Assembly: GCF_003018115.1 (NCBI RefSeq)
Contig: NZ_CP027457.1
DNA from: Escherichia coli
Lineage (GTDB): Bacteria; Pseudomonadota; Gammaproteobacteria; Enterobacterales; Enterobacteriaceae
DNA length: 64,000 bases
Direction: 5' to 3' (one strand)
A model generated the notes under the pieces. That model was not told where the DNA came from. It did no database searches and saw only the letters and a program-made list of their open reading frames with translations. Shown one piece after another: positions 56,007-64,000 of the stretch (positions are counted from its first letter, which is position 1; the number at the start of each line of letters is the position of its first letter). Position numbers and translations under genes: made by a program.

Positions 56007-56737
56007 TGCCCACTCCTGCGAAGAATAGTAACAATAATATTACTGTTATTTTCAGTGACTACACCTACGTCACCACTCCAATAAGTCGTTCTAGTTACGC
56101 CATTAACGACACTATTTTGAGGAGTTCCTTCTTTGATAACACTTTCAACCATATTCGGCGTTATATTTCTCCCTGGGCCAACTGTGCCGGCTGGAGAACC
56201 AGATGGCTGCATTCTATCAACAGCATGTTGTGAATACAAACGATGACCTATTTGTGCATATTGTCGCCCATCTACTGTAACCTTTCGATAATTTTGCCAA
56301 GAGTCCCAAGGTAACTTTTCAGAACTATTAGGTACGTTTTCTGATGAGGTTTTCTCATTACGTTGCTCTATTGATTCATTATTCCTGGCGTTCTCCTCAT
56401 CCTGCGGCTCCCATCCCCCCGGTGTTCCAGCACCTGCGCCACCAAGCTCAGCTTTCTCCTTGTCCGTAGCGCTCGCTACGTCTTTGCCCAGATTCGGCTG
56501 TTTGTTTTCGTCTGTATTGTCGCCATTCAGCACATACCCCGGCCCCCGGGCACCATCGCGACTCGGATCACGTACAGCACACTGTTCCCGTGAGCCTTCA
56601 CAACCACCACCGGTATCCCAGCTATTATCATTCCCGGTATCCTTACTGGCATTACCTGTAGCACCAGCTATTGCTGCTGCCGTATTAGCTGCTGTTTCAG
56701 TGGCTATCACGTTCAGCATATTGTTTTCAGCAACAAC
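56003..56737 (-). CDS. orphan cdiA-CT module 3 (AENN variant; DUF4258/RelE-fold-like C-terminus)
   Basis: Frame opens IVVAENN-MLNV...; C-terminus ...YSQHAVDRMQPSG...GRNITPNMVESVIKEG...VTILRR resembles my recollection of DUF4258-type RNase toxins. Confidence 0.65.
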   Translation of the reverse strand, partial: VVAENNMLNVIATETAANTAAAIAGATGNASKDTGNDNSWDTGGGCEGSREQCAVRDPSRDGARGPGYVLNGDNTDENKQPNLGKDVASATDKEKAELGGAGAGTPGGWEPQDEENARNNESIEQRNEKTSSENVPNSSEKLPWDSWQNYRKVTVDGRQYAQIGHRLYSQHAVDRMQPSGSPAGTVGPGRNITPNMVESVIKEGTPQNSVVNGVTRTTYWSGDVGVVTENNSNIIVTILRRSGQ

Positions 56738-56955
56738 TATTTACGATAGTATCTTCGCATTTGTAGATAGAGTTGTAACCAAATCCCAGCACCTCCCCAT
56801 AAGCCAACTACTGCGCCAATTATTCCGTATTTTACATACACCTCAGAAGGTATTGGTTCCCGAGCTATAAGCCAGATACTAACCACTATTCCAATAGAGC
56901 AAGTAGCTATAGATATAAGTAACAACTTAATAAGAAGTAGTAGATGTTTTTTCAT
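56737..56955 (-). CDS. small two-TM immunity protein, orphan module 2
   Basis: 72 aa with two hydrophobic helices (LLLLIKLLLISIATCSIGIVVSIWLIA; IIGAVVGLWGGAGIWLQLYL). Confidence 0.7.
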   Translation of the reverse strand: MKKHLLLLIKLLLISIATCSIGIVVSIWLIAREPIPSEVYVKYGIIGAVVGLWGGAGIWLQLYLQMRRYYRK

Positions 56956-57860
56956 TTTTTGTCTCCATCAACTTCTTTTTGCGTTGCGCTGCTTGCACCT
57001 TCTGATACGAATGAACCAACAAATCCACCAAATGTTCCTGGTATAGAGCTCATTTGGCCGCCTTGATACATACCGTATCCGATAGACTTTTCCGAATATT
57101 GCAGTGAATATTTACTGGCGTCCATTCCCAGTTGATTTTTGATGTATTGAGCTTCTAACTTATTAGTAATTGAAGCCCCAATGTTATAGCCAAGGCCTGT
57201 ACCAGCCATGCTACCCACTACTGATGCGGTACTGTCCTGGCCTTCAATCTGGCTGCTCATGTAAGCGCTACCGGCACCCAACAACTGATTAGCGTAATAT
57301 CCTTTCCCGGCTGTACCTACACCAGTCAAGCCTGACATCATGAAACTGAGATAATCGAACTTATCACCGATATTTCCCGTACCAATTTGTACCGCACCAT
57401 TAGCCCCATAGCTCAGCCCGGCACTGACAAATTTTTCAGTCAGCGTGGCTGATGATGTTAACAATGAACCCGCTCCGGCAACCGTACCCCAGTAATTTTC
57501 CGGTTCCCCGAAGAAAGCCAGAGCCTTATCACCTTTCGATGTGTTGTTGTTCAGATAGTTCAGGTCATAGCTGTTACTTTCAGTGACGTAGTTCTTCACG
57601 TCCTGGTTTTCCAGCGAACCATACAACCAGCCAGGCCGACCTGCCGCGCTGAGTCCGCCCTCAATATTCCATTTATCTTCCCCGGACAGAGCCGTCAGAG
57701 GATCTGTGGCCACATCAATGTGTAATTTCTGTCGGTGCTCTGCGCTTATTACAGCATATTTATTCTGAATATCGCCGCAGTCTCCACCCACTTTACGACA
57801 GGCCGTCATTTCTCTGTCAAAAGCATGCGCCTCGTCGTAGCTGAGGTAGTTATTCTCAAC
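56952..57860 (-). CDS. orphan cdiA-CT module 2 (Gly-rich, probably membrane-active toxin)
   Basis: VENN at 57849-57860 (ERVVVENNYLS); first ATG only at 57809; C-terminal half is G/A/S-rich and hydrophobic. Confidence 0.7.
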   Translation of the reverse strand, partial: VENNYLSYDEAHAFDREMTACRKVGGDCGDIQNKYAVISAEHRQKLHIDVATDPLTALSGEDKWNIEGGLSAAGRPGWLYGSLENQDVKNYVTESNSYDLNYLNNNTSKGDKALAFFGEPENYWGTVAGAGSLLTSSATLTEKFVSAGLSYGANGAVQIGTGNIGDKFDYLSFMMSGLTGVGTAGKGYYANQLLGAGSAYMSSQIEGQDSTASVVGSMAGTGLGYNIGASITNKLEAQYIKNQLGMDASKYSLQYSEKSIGYGMYQGGQMSSIPGTFGGFVGSFVSEGASSATQKEVDGDKK

Positions 57861-58173
57861 AACAACTCTTTCCGACGTAAGTTGCTGCGATGAACCCTAT
57901 TTTCTCCTTGCCTTTCCGTGAATTACAACCGTTTTCCCCTGCTGTACTTCCTGCCTGCCAACTTTTTGCCCCGACGCGCCTTTTTCGTCTGAACACGCTA
58001 CCGCCCCGGTGAAAAGTCCACCGAGTAAATAGCCTGCGGCTATTTAACATAACGCGCGGGAATTATGCGCAGTTCAGGAGGCCGAACCACGCATAATCAG
58101 CGTTATGTCTTGCGCCCTTCAGAAGCCTGCGATAGTGCAGGCTGACAGTCAGGAGACCCAGACGGTTAAGATA

Positions 58174-58467
58174 TTAACTGTCGGGCTCTCCTTTTTTATT
58201 ATTTTTATAATCAATCATCAAGTTATTCACCTCATTCCATAGTTGCTCATCGTTAAATTCGTATTCTTCACGATCATTATCTGGGTTGTACATATCAGCC
58301 ACACAGAAGACACTGGATAATAATTCACTTAGATTATCATTATCTTGCTTAAGTAGGTTACTATCACGCTCACCCTTCCACTTCGCCATATAAGTGTCGG
58401 TAAAATATTCAGCCGATATATTCTTAGCAAGAAAATCATCAATGTATTTTTTAAGAGACTGACTCAT
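58174..58467 (-). CDS. colicin-D-immunity-like protein, orphan module 1
   Basis: 97-aa acidic ORF overlapping the toxin stop; ...YMAKWKGERDSN...FCVADMYNPDNDREEYEFNDEQL resembles recalled ImmD-type immunity proteins. Confidence 0.65.
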   Translation of the reverse strand: MSQSLKKYIDDFLAKNISAEYFTDTYMAKWKGERDSNLLKQDNDNLSELLSSVFCVADMYNPDNDREEYEFNDEQLWNEVNNLMIDYKNNKKGEPDS

Positions 58468-59219
58468 CTTAATGTCCCGTTATTTATGAAGTTTTCATAT
58501 TGCTTCGTTTGAGGATCAAGCTTCCACCCACTAACAAAATTACCAGATTTATCAATTACAACCACATTATTAGTTTGTGGATTGAAGAACACCTTTGATT
58601 CTGGAATTAATAGGTATGTCCCATGTTCATAAGTCGTCTTATTATCTAAATGTGATTTGATGGCAGCCTGATATTCTGCAATGGTATCACTATTTTTCTT
58701 AGTTGTTATTACGCCAAAATCAGAAGCATGTTTAAATTTCTTATCTAACTGTTTTGCGCTGAAAGCGACACTATCAGAGACGATTGTAGCTCCAGCATTT
58801 GGAATTTTCTTCCCTGGAAGTATAAGGCTAGCCAGTATTCCGCCAGTTGCTTCCAGCGCAGCCTGGTTCCCTCCATACGCTTGTTTCACATTCTCTGCTA
58901 CTGCTGACCAGGTTTCACTTTGCATCAGCGCTTTAACGCTGTCTGCCACTGCCTGATTTTTACCCGCCAAATCACTCAGTGCTTTATCACAATAGCTTTC
59001 GCCGGTTGCACATGAGGCGAGCGCCATTGCCGCATCACCCACATAATCGGCTGAGCCTATTGCCGTATCACCGGAGTCAGCGATGACATTAATAATGCCG
59101 TTGGCAATAGCCGATGAGGCTCCGTCTCCCAGCTTATCCCTGACCTGTGTTTTCCACCATTCAGCACTTTGTTTGACCGATTCCCTGGCCTTATCACCCG
59201 CCAGCGAGTTATTCTCAAC
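58464..59219 (-). CDS. orphan cdiA-CT module 1 (colicin D-like tRNase domain)
   Basis: VENN at 59208-59219 (MSERVVVENNSL); C-terminus contains QLDKKFKHASDFGV, which I recall as the colicin D nuclease-domain signature. Confidence 0.7.
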   Translation of the reverse strand, partial: VENNSLAGDKARESVKQSAEWWKTQVRDKLGDGASSAIANGIINVIADSGDTAIGSADYVGDAAMALASCATGESYCDKALSDLAGKNQAVADSVKALMQSETWSAVAENVKQAYGGNQAALEATGGILASLILPGKKIPNAGATIVSDSVAFSAKQLDKKFKHASDFGVITTKKNSDTIAEYQAAIKSHLDNKTTYEHGTYLLIPESKVFFNPQTNNVVVIDKSGNFVSGWKLDPQTKQYENFINNGTLR

Positions 59220-59438
59220 AACAACTCTTTCCGACATAAGTTGCTGCGATGAACCCGGATTCTCCCTGCATTTTCCGTTAGTTACAGCCGATTTTCCCTG
59301 TTGTACTTCCTGCCCGCCAACTTTTTGTGCTGTTAAGCGTTTCTGGCCCCGCAGACGCTACCGCCCCGCCGTGACGCGCCACCATCATATAAGCAAACTA
59401 CAGCACCACTTAGGATGGTGGTGTCTTGGATTTATATT

Positions 59439-59822
59439 TCAATTAAGAAGTTCCTTTGATACGTTACCAGTATCAAAAAACTCTTTTAAGATCTTTACAA
59501 TAAGTTCACAGTCTTTTGTAAGCTGAGATTCCGGCCAGTAATCACCAAGAATCACCATTTTTGTATCAGGTTTAGATGAGTCCCAGTACGTTCTTACTTG
59601 GTATTCATCTTCAAAAATTTCACCTAATGTTATCAAGTAATAACCATTCTCCGTTCTGATCTGAAGCATTTCAGCGCTATTATCGCCACTGTTCTGTATA
59701 TCAAGAGTAAGTGTTCCTTTTTTTCCCTGAATTAGTTTAAACTGATTTAATACCATGTCCCAATTTGAGATCTGTTTATTGCCACCTGTTTCGCCCAGTG
59801 TCCAACTCACTTTAAAATTCAT
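59439..59822 (-). CDS. cdiI: CdiI immunity protein of the resident cdiA
   Basis: 127-aa AT-rich ORF starting 1 nt after the cdiA stop codon. Confidence 0.8.
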   Translation of the reverse strand: MNFKVSWTLGETGGNKQISNWDMVLNQFKLIQGKKGTLTLDIQNSGDNSAEMLQIRTENGYYLITLGEIFEDEYQVRTYWDSSKPDTKMVILGDYWPESQLTKDCELIVKILKEFFDTGNVSKELLN

Positions 59823-59823
59823 T

Positions 59824-62800
59824 TTAATCCCTAACCTTGAGAGATTTCATGCCAGGCTGCCAGTAGAGGACTGATCCTGTAGCCTCTTCATAAATTGTTA
59901 AAGATTTTAGCCCCGCTTTATCAGCCATGGCTGCTATATCACCGCGGCAATAACCACATACAGGCTCTTTAGATACACTCATTGTCATCTCACGCCCTTG
60001 AGACATACCCTTTTCAAAAGCTTGCTGTATAACACCTACTTCAGCATGAGCTGTAGCCATATTGCCGTTAGGAAGAGGCTTGTTTTGCTTATCTATTTTA
60101 GCTTGGATTCGTCCATCAATGAGTGTTGGCTTATTCACATCTGCTAAGTTGGAAGGCCTTGCACCCTGATTAGTATCAGTAAACTTAGCTCCATCAACAT
60201 TACCTTTCGCTACGACCTTAAGATTAGCATCAACGATTTTACTTAATTGTTTTGCCGCAGCAGAACCCAAAATTGGTGTCACCGAAGCCGCAATGCTCTC
60301 CAGACCCTGCTTTGTTTCGGTGTAGCTTTCTGCGGTCTGACGATCCACCCCTTTGGTGACCATGAAATAGTTAATCATGGCGTCTTTCACCTGTTGCTGA
60401 TTCTGTGCATCAACACTGGTGATATCGAGGAGATTGACCATCTGACCATACGCATCAGCGTATTGCTGGCTGTATTTCGAGTTATAAGGGCCATCTTCGT
60501 ACCCTTCTTTCGACGCAATAACTTTCAGTCTTGCGCTGGCACACGCTGAACTACCCGCATTACCATTACCGCAGGCAGCAATAACCTCCTTATCACTGGC
60601 AATATCTTTCTCACGCAGAGCATTATATTTCTGTTGCGCCTTTTCGCGCTCTGCCGGATCTTTACTATTTTTAAGCGTCTGTTTTGCTATCTCAAGCTCT
60701 GTCTTTTCAGACACGCTAAGATAGTTATTCTCAACCGCGTTCCTGCCTGCCTGTGCCCCCGTACCGGCAGACGCCGTACTGTTGCCTGCAAGCCCGCCCG
60801 CAATACCTGAGGCAATGGTGGCCAACATGCTGATTTGCTGACGTTCCTGTTCACTCAGGTTATCAGTACGACCACCATAGTAGTTATCAATGATATACCG
60901 GGCTGCAAGTTCACCGCTGAATGCCCCTGCAGCACCGGAAGCCGCATTGTTTCCGCCCAGTTGTGCGGCAAGCGCTCCCCAGACTGCGTGAGCCATCAGG
61001 TTTGCTTCCCGGTTATCGCCGGTGGCCTGTTTTATAAGCTGTGCCACTGCCGGATTCAGACCGCCAGCCAGTATCTGCCCCGGATTCCCTGCATTCAGTC
61101 CGCCCAGCACACCCGTGATGGCCTGTACCACCATCTGCGGCGTACTGCCCGTACCGTAGCCTTTCATGACCTCTCTGTATTCCGGGGTCTCCCGCAACTG
61201 TGCATCGCTCATGCCAGGATGCTCTTTCCTGGCTGCTTTCATCGCTTCAGTTTCGCCATACGTCATGACGATGTTACTCATCTGACCGCTAATCTGGCTG
61301 ATAACCTGCGCTTCCTGCAGACGCTTCTGCTCTTTCTCCCTGTCAAATATCGGTGCAATGCTGCCGTTGGCGTTTTCCGGGTCCCGGCTGAGCCCGGCAA
61401 TATCCTGCTTCTGACTCTCATTATCACGGATAATGAGATTTCCGCCGCTGATGGCGGATGACGTGGTACCTTCAGCATGTCCACTGCTGCCGGACATACC
61501 GGTAAGTGCGTTCGCCGCACCGGCTATTGCATTTGAGGCCACCATCTGGCTGGCTGACATCCCTGAGCCACCCGATAAACTGATTCCGGTATGGCTGGCT
61601 TTATAGTCTGCCTGGTTATGGATATCCGACCAGCCCAGCGTATTGGTATTGAGGCTGTTTTTGTCATCCGTTGCCGTGGACGCAATTACCGCACCATTGA
61701 GCTGAGTGTGATTCCCAACAGTGACATCAAACCCGTCTTTTCCGGCGTAGATACCACTCTGTTCCCGGACAGAATCGTAATTGCTTTTAATTTTGTCCTG
61801 ACTGATGCTGGCATAGCCGCTGCCGGACATTGAGCCAAACGTGAAGCTTCCACCTGCAGCCACGCTGTTCTGTCTGCTGTCGTAACGGTCACTGTCCTGA
61901 AGGCTCGAAATGGTCAGGTTGTTGCCGACATCTGCTGTGACTTTCTCGCCACTGACCTGAGCCCCCGACAGGGTGGTATCACGTCCGCTTGTGAGGGAGA
62001 CATTTTTACCCGCATCCAGCGTGGTTTCGGTCCAGGTCGTGCCGTTGCCTTTCTCCCTGCCCTCTGAACCATTGATACCGGCGAAGATACTGAGGCCTCC
62101 GCCATTGGTTCCACCACCAAAGCTGACGCCCACGCCGCCACCTTTGCTGCTGTTCTTCCCGGTTGTCTGTCGGGTGTCAGCGGCGGCAGCCAGCAGAATA
62201 TCGTTCTGTGCATTCAGGCTGGTGTCATTGCCGGACTTAATCTGGCTCCCGGTAATGAGAATATCGCCGCTGTTGTTATGGTCCTTATTTTTCCCCGTGG
62301 CAGTGACAGAGACATTGTTACCGGCGCTGAGGGTTGAGCCGGAGACGATATCGTGCTGATATTTCGTCTCAGACTTCGACTGCTGATGGTTGAGCGAAAT
62401 GCTCACGCCGATACCATTATTCGGGTCAGCACTCTGTTGCTGCAGTCCGTGGTTAACACCGGCCTGTACACCAGACAGAACCGCCTGTGTTCCTTTCAGT
62501 GCCGCCAGACGGCTGTCGCTGGTTTCTTTCGCCTCCCGGGCCATGGTGGCAGCATTATTGATGGCACTGCCCACTGTGCCGGAAAGGGCAACCGTCAGCC
62601 CGCTTTTCTTCTGCTCAAATTTTTCGTCCACAGTACGACGGTCATGCCCCGGGTCAACCACCACACTGTCACCGGTAATGCTGATATCCCGGTTCGCAAT
62701 CACATCCGAACCGCTGATATGAGCCTGTTTGCCCGCGGTAATACTGACATTACCAGCAGTGGAGCCGATGGTGCTGGCACTCTGACTCTGCGTTGTCCCG

Positions 62801-64000
62801 GCCTCGCGGCGGTCGTGCGTTGTCTTACTGCTGCCAGTGGTGAAACCAATACCGCCGGTACCCGTCAGACCGGATTTCTTCGTTTCCTTAAAGCGCCAGG
62901 ACGTATCTGTACTGGTGGCAGCAAGAACATCAACATGGTTATCCGCCGCCAGTGACACATCCCAGTCAGCCACCACATCCGAACCCTGTACCGTCAGGTT
63001 ATTACCGGCGTTAACGGTCACGCGGTTTCCCGACAGCAGGGAGCCCTTCTCACGGGTGACGCTGTCTTCCGTGATGGTCCGGGTGGTCTGATGGCTGAGG
63101 AGACGGTTACGGGTTTCCCCTGATTCACTGTAGTGATAATCACTTTCCGTGGCAGTACCCAGTACGATGTCATGACCGGCATTCACACGGATATCGCCCT
63201 TTGCCGTTACAGCGGTCGCAACTGAGGTGATATCCCGTCCGGCAGTAACCGTAATGTCACCGCCACTGGTCATGTCTGTTCCCTGCTGCCGGACCGAATC
63301 ATGAACCGTCTTCATGCTGAAAGTGCTGTCGTGGTCACCTGCGCCTGTGGACTCCGCAGCCATGTTCACATCCCGTCCGGCGCGGATAGCCATACTGTTT
63401 TCAGCCGTAATACCGGCAGCCTGGCTGTTCACATCACGACCGGCGGAAAGCATCAGACTGTTCCCGGCAGTGACCGTGGGGGCCACGGCATGAGTTTCAT
63501 ACCACCCGGACCCGCCATAGCGACGACGTTCTCCGGCCTGTATCGCGTTCATGTTCAGGTCATTACCGGCGGACAGTAACACGCTGTCACCGGCAGAAAC
63601 GGCGGCACCGGTGATACTGATATCCCCGGCTGCGCCCATAAACAGTGAGTCCGTTGCCCTGACAGCAGCCAGCGGACCGGTATCCGTTCCGCTGAAATGG
63701 TTATATCCGTTGTTCATCGCCCACTGTTCTGTCCGGGTGAGGTTACTGATGTTTCCGGTGGCGCTTTCCAGGGATACGGTTTTACCGCTGATGACTGAGC
63801 TGATATTGCCGATATCCCCGATGGCCTTCAGGTTCAGTGCACCACCGGCGTTTATCAGTCCGGCATTCAGGTTGTCGATACTACCTGTGCTGTCGAGCAG
63901 GAGGTCATTCTGTGCGTTGATGCTGCCGCCGCTGTTGGTGATATTGCCACCCGCAAGCTGCACGTTGTTCCCGCTGATAACGCTGCCATTATGAAGGGTG
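59824..64000 (-). CDS. cdiA: CdiA contact-dependent inhibition exoprotein, C-terminal about 1390 codons (5' end outside window)
   Basis: Frame open to the window edge; filamentous-haemagglutinin-type repeats, pretoxin region, VENN at 60724-60735, then a 303-aa CT. Confidence 0.93.
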   Translation of the reverse strand, partial: TLHNGSVISGNNVQLAGGNITNSGGSINAQNDLLLDSTGSIDNLNAGLINAGGALNLKAIGDIGNISSVISGKTVSLESATGNISNLTRTEQWAMNNGYNHFSGTDTGPLAAVRATDSLFMGAAGDISITGAAVSAGDSVLLSAGNDLNMNAIQAGERRRYGGSGWYETHAVAPTVTAGNSLMLSAGRDVNSQAAGITAENSMAIRAGRDVNMAAESTGAGDHDSTFSMKTVHDSVRQQGTDMTSGGDITVTAGRDITSVATAVTAKGDIRVNAGHDIVLGTATESDYHYSESGETRNRLLSHQTTRTITEDSVTREKGSLLSGNRVTVNAGNNLTVQGSDVVADWDVSLAADNHVDVLAATSTDTSWRFKETKKSGLTGTGGIGFTTGSSKTTHDRREAGTTQSQSASTIGSTAGNVSITAGKQAHISGSDVIANRDISITGDSVVVDPGHDRRTVDEKFEQKKSGLTVALSGTVGSAINNAATMAREAKETSDSRLAALKGTQAVLSGVQAGVNHGLQQQSADPNNGIGVSISLNHQQSKSETKYQHDIVSGSTLSAGNNVSVTATGKNKDHNNSGDILITGSQIKSGNDTSLNAQNDILLAAAADTRQTTGKNSSKGGGVGVSFGGGTNGGGLSIFAGINGSEGREKGNGTTWTETTLDAGKNVSLTSGRDTTLSGAQVSGEKVTADVGNNLTISSLQDSDRYDSRQNSVAAGGSFTFGSMSGSGYASISQDKIKSNYDSVREQSGIYAGKDGFDVTVGNHTQLNGAVIASTATDDKNSLNTNTLGWSDIHNQADYKASHTGISLSGGSGMSASQMVASNAIAGAANALTGMSGSSGHAEGTTSSAISGGNLIIRDNESQKQDIAGLSRDPENANGSIAPIFDREKEQKRLQEAQVISQISGQMSNIVMTYGETEAMKAARKEHPGMSDAQLRETPEYREVMKGYGTGSTPQMVVQAITGVLGGLNAGNPGQILAGGLNPAVAQLIKQATGDNREANLMAHAVWGALAAQLGGNNAASGAAGAFSGELAARYIIDNYYGGRTDNLSEQERQQISMLATIASGIAGGLAGNSTASAGTGAQAGRNAVENNYLSVSEKTELEIAKQTLKNSKDPAEREKAQQKYNALREKDIASDKEVIAACGNGNAGSSACASARLKVIASKEGYEDGPYNSKYSQQYADAYGQMVNLLDITSVDAQNQQQVKDAMINYFMVTKGVDRQTAESYTETKQGLESIAASVTPILGSAAAKQLSKIVDANLKVVAKGNVDGAKFTDTNQGARPSNLADVNKPTLIDGRIQAKIDKQNKPLPNGNMATAHAEVGVIQQAFEKGMSQGREMTMSVSKEPVCGYCRGDIAAMADKAGLKSLTIYEEATGSVLYWQPGMKSLKVRD

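Noticed and set aside
59083-59526. 147-aa plus-strand ORF between cdiI and orphan module 1
   Set aside because: It is antisense to the pre-VENN remnant and the orphan toxin start, and it is Cys/Ser/Pro-rich shadow sequence.
60247-63994. Multiple plus-strand ORFs (up to 208 aa) inside cdiA
   Set aside because: They are antisense to the continuous CdiA reading frame and have no independent support.

Overview
Escherichia coli chromosome. nt 1-22,980 is conserved K-12-type core, reverse-complemented relative to K-12 numbering: solA-yceO-yceJ-yceI-yceA-lpxL-mdtG-msyB-yceK-opgHG-opgC-clsC-ymdB-ymdA-csgCAB/csgDEFG-ycdZYX-ghrA-serX. Every core gene is intact. A composite genomic island runs from the 3' end of tRNA-Ser serX to the window edge (23.0-64 kb). 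(i) A CP4-44-like block on the minus strand: yeeP-like GTPase, Ag43/flu with its GATC phase switch, full-length yeeR, irmA-like, DUF905*, DUF932, ArdB/KlcA-like, RadC-like, DUF987, cbeA/cbtA, DUF5983, DUF957 and DUF4942*. An IS110/IS1111-family element interrupts it. (ii) An AT-rich defence-like segment: an orphan HEPN-motif gene and a 200-aa tyrosine recombinase bracketed by a 15-nt direct repeat, then a stand-alone dGTPase-family gene. (iii) One tightly packed operon: HTH-hsdM-hsdS-darT*-darG-hsdR-DUF45 peptidase. The DarTG ADP-ribosyltransferase/macrodomain pair is nested inside a type I R-M system. darT is out of frame at both ends: at a C-AAA-AAG slippery motif near the start, and at an extra G that fuses it in frame to darG. 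(iv) An IS66-family element plus a 68-bp remnant of a second copy. (v) The tail of a CDI locus: the cdiA 3' part, whose C-terminal domain carries a deaminase-like HAE...PVCGYC signature, then cdiI and four orphan cdiA-CT/cdiI modules cut off by the IS66. No rRNA and no CRISPR array were seen. All protein family calls come from reading the translations and from memory of family motifs. No database search was run.
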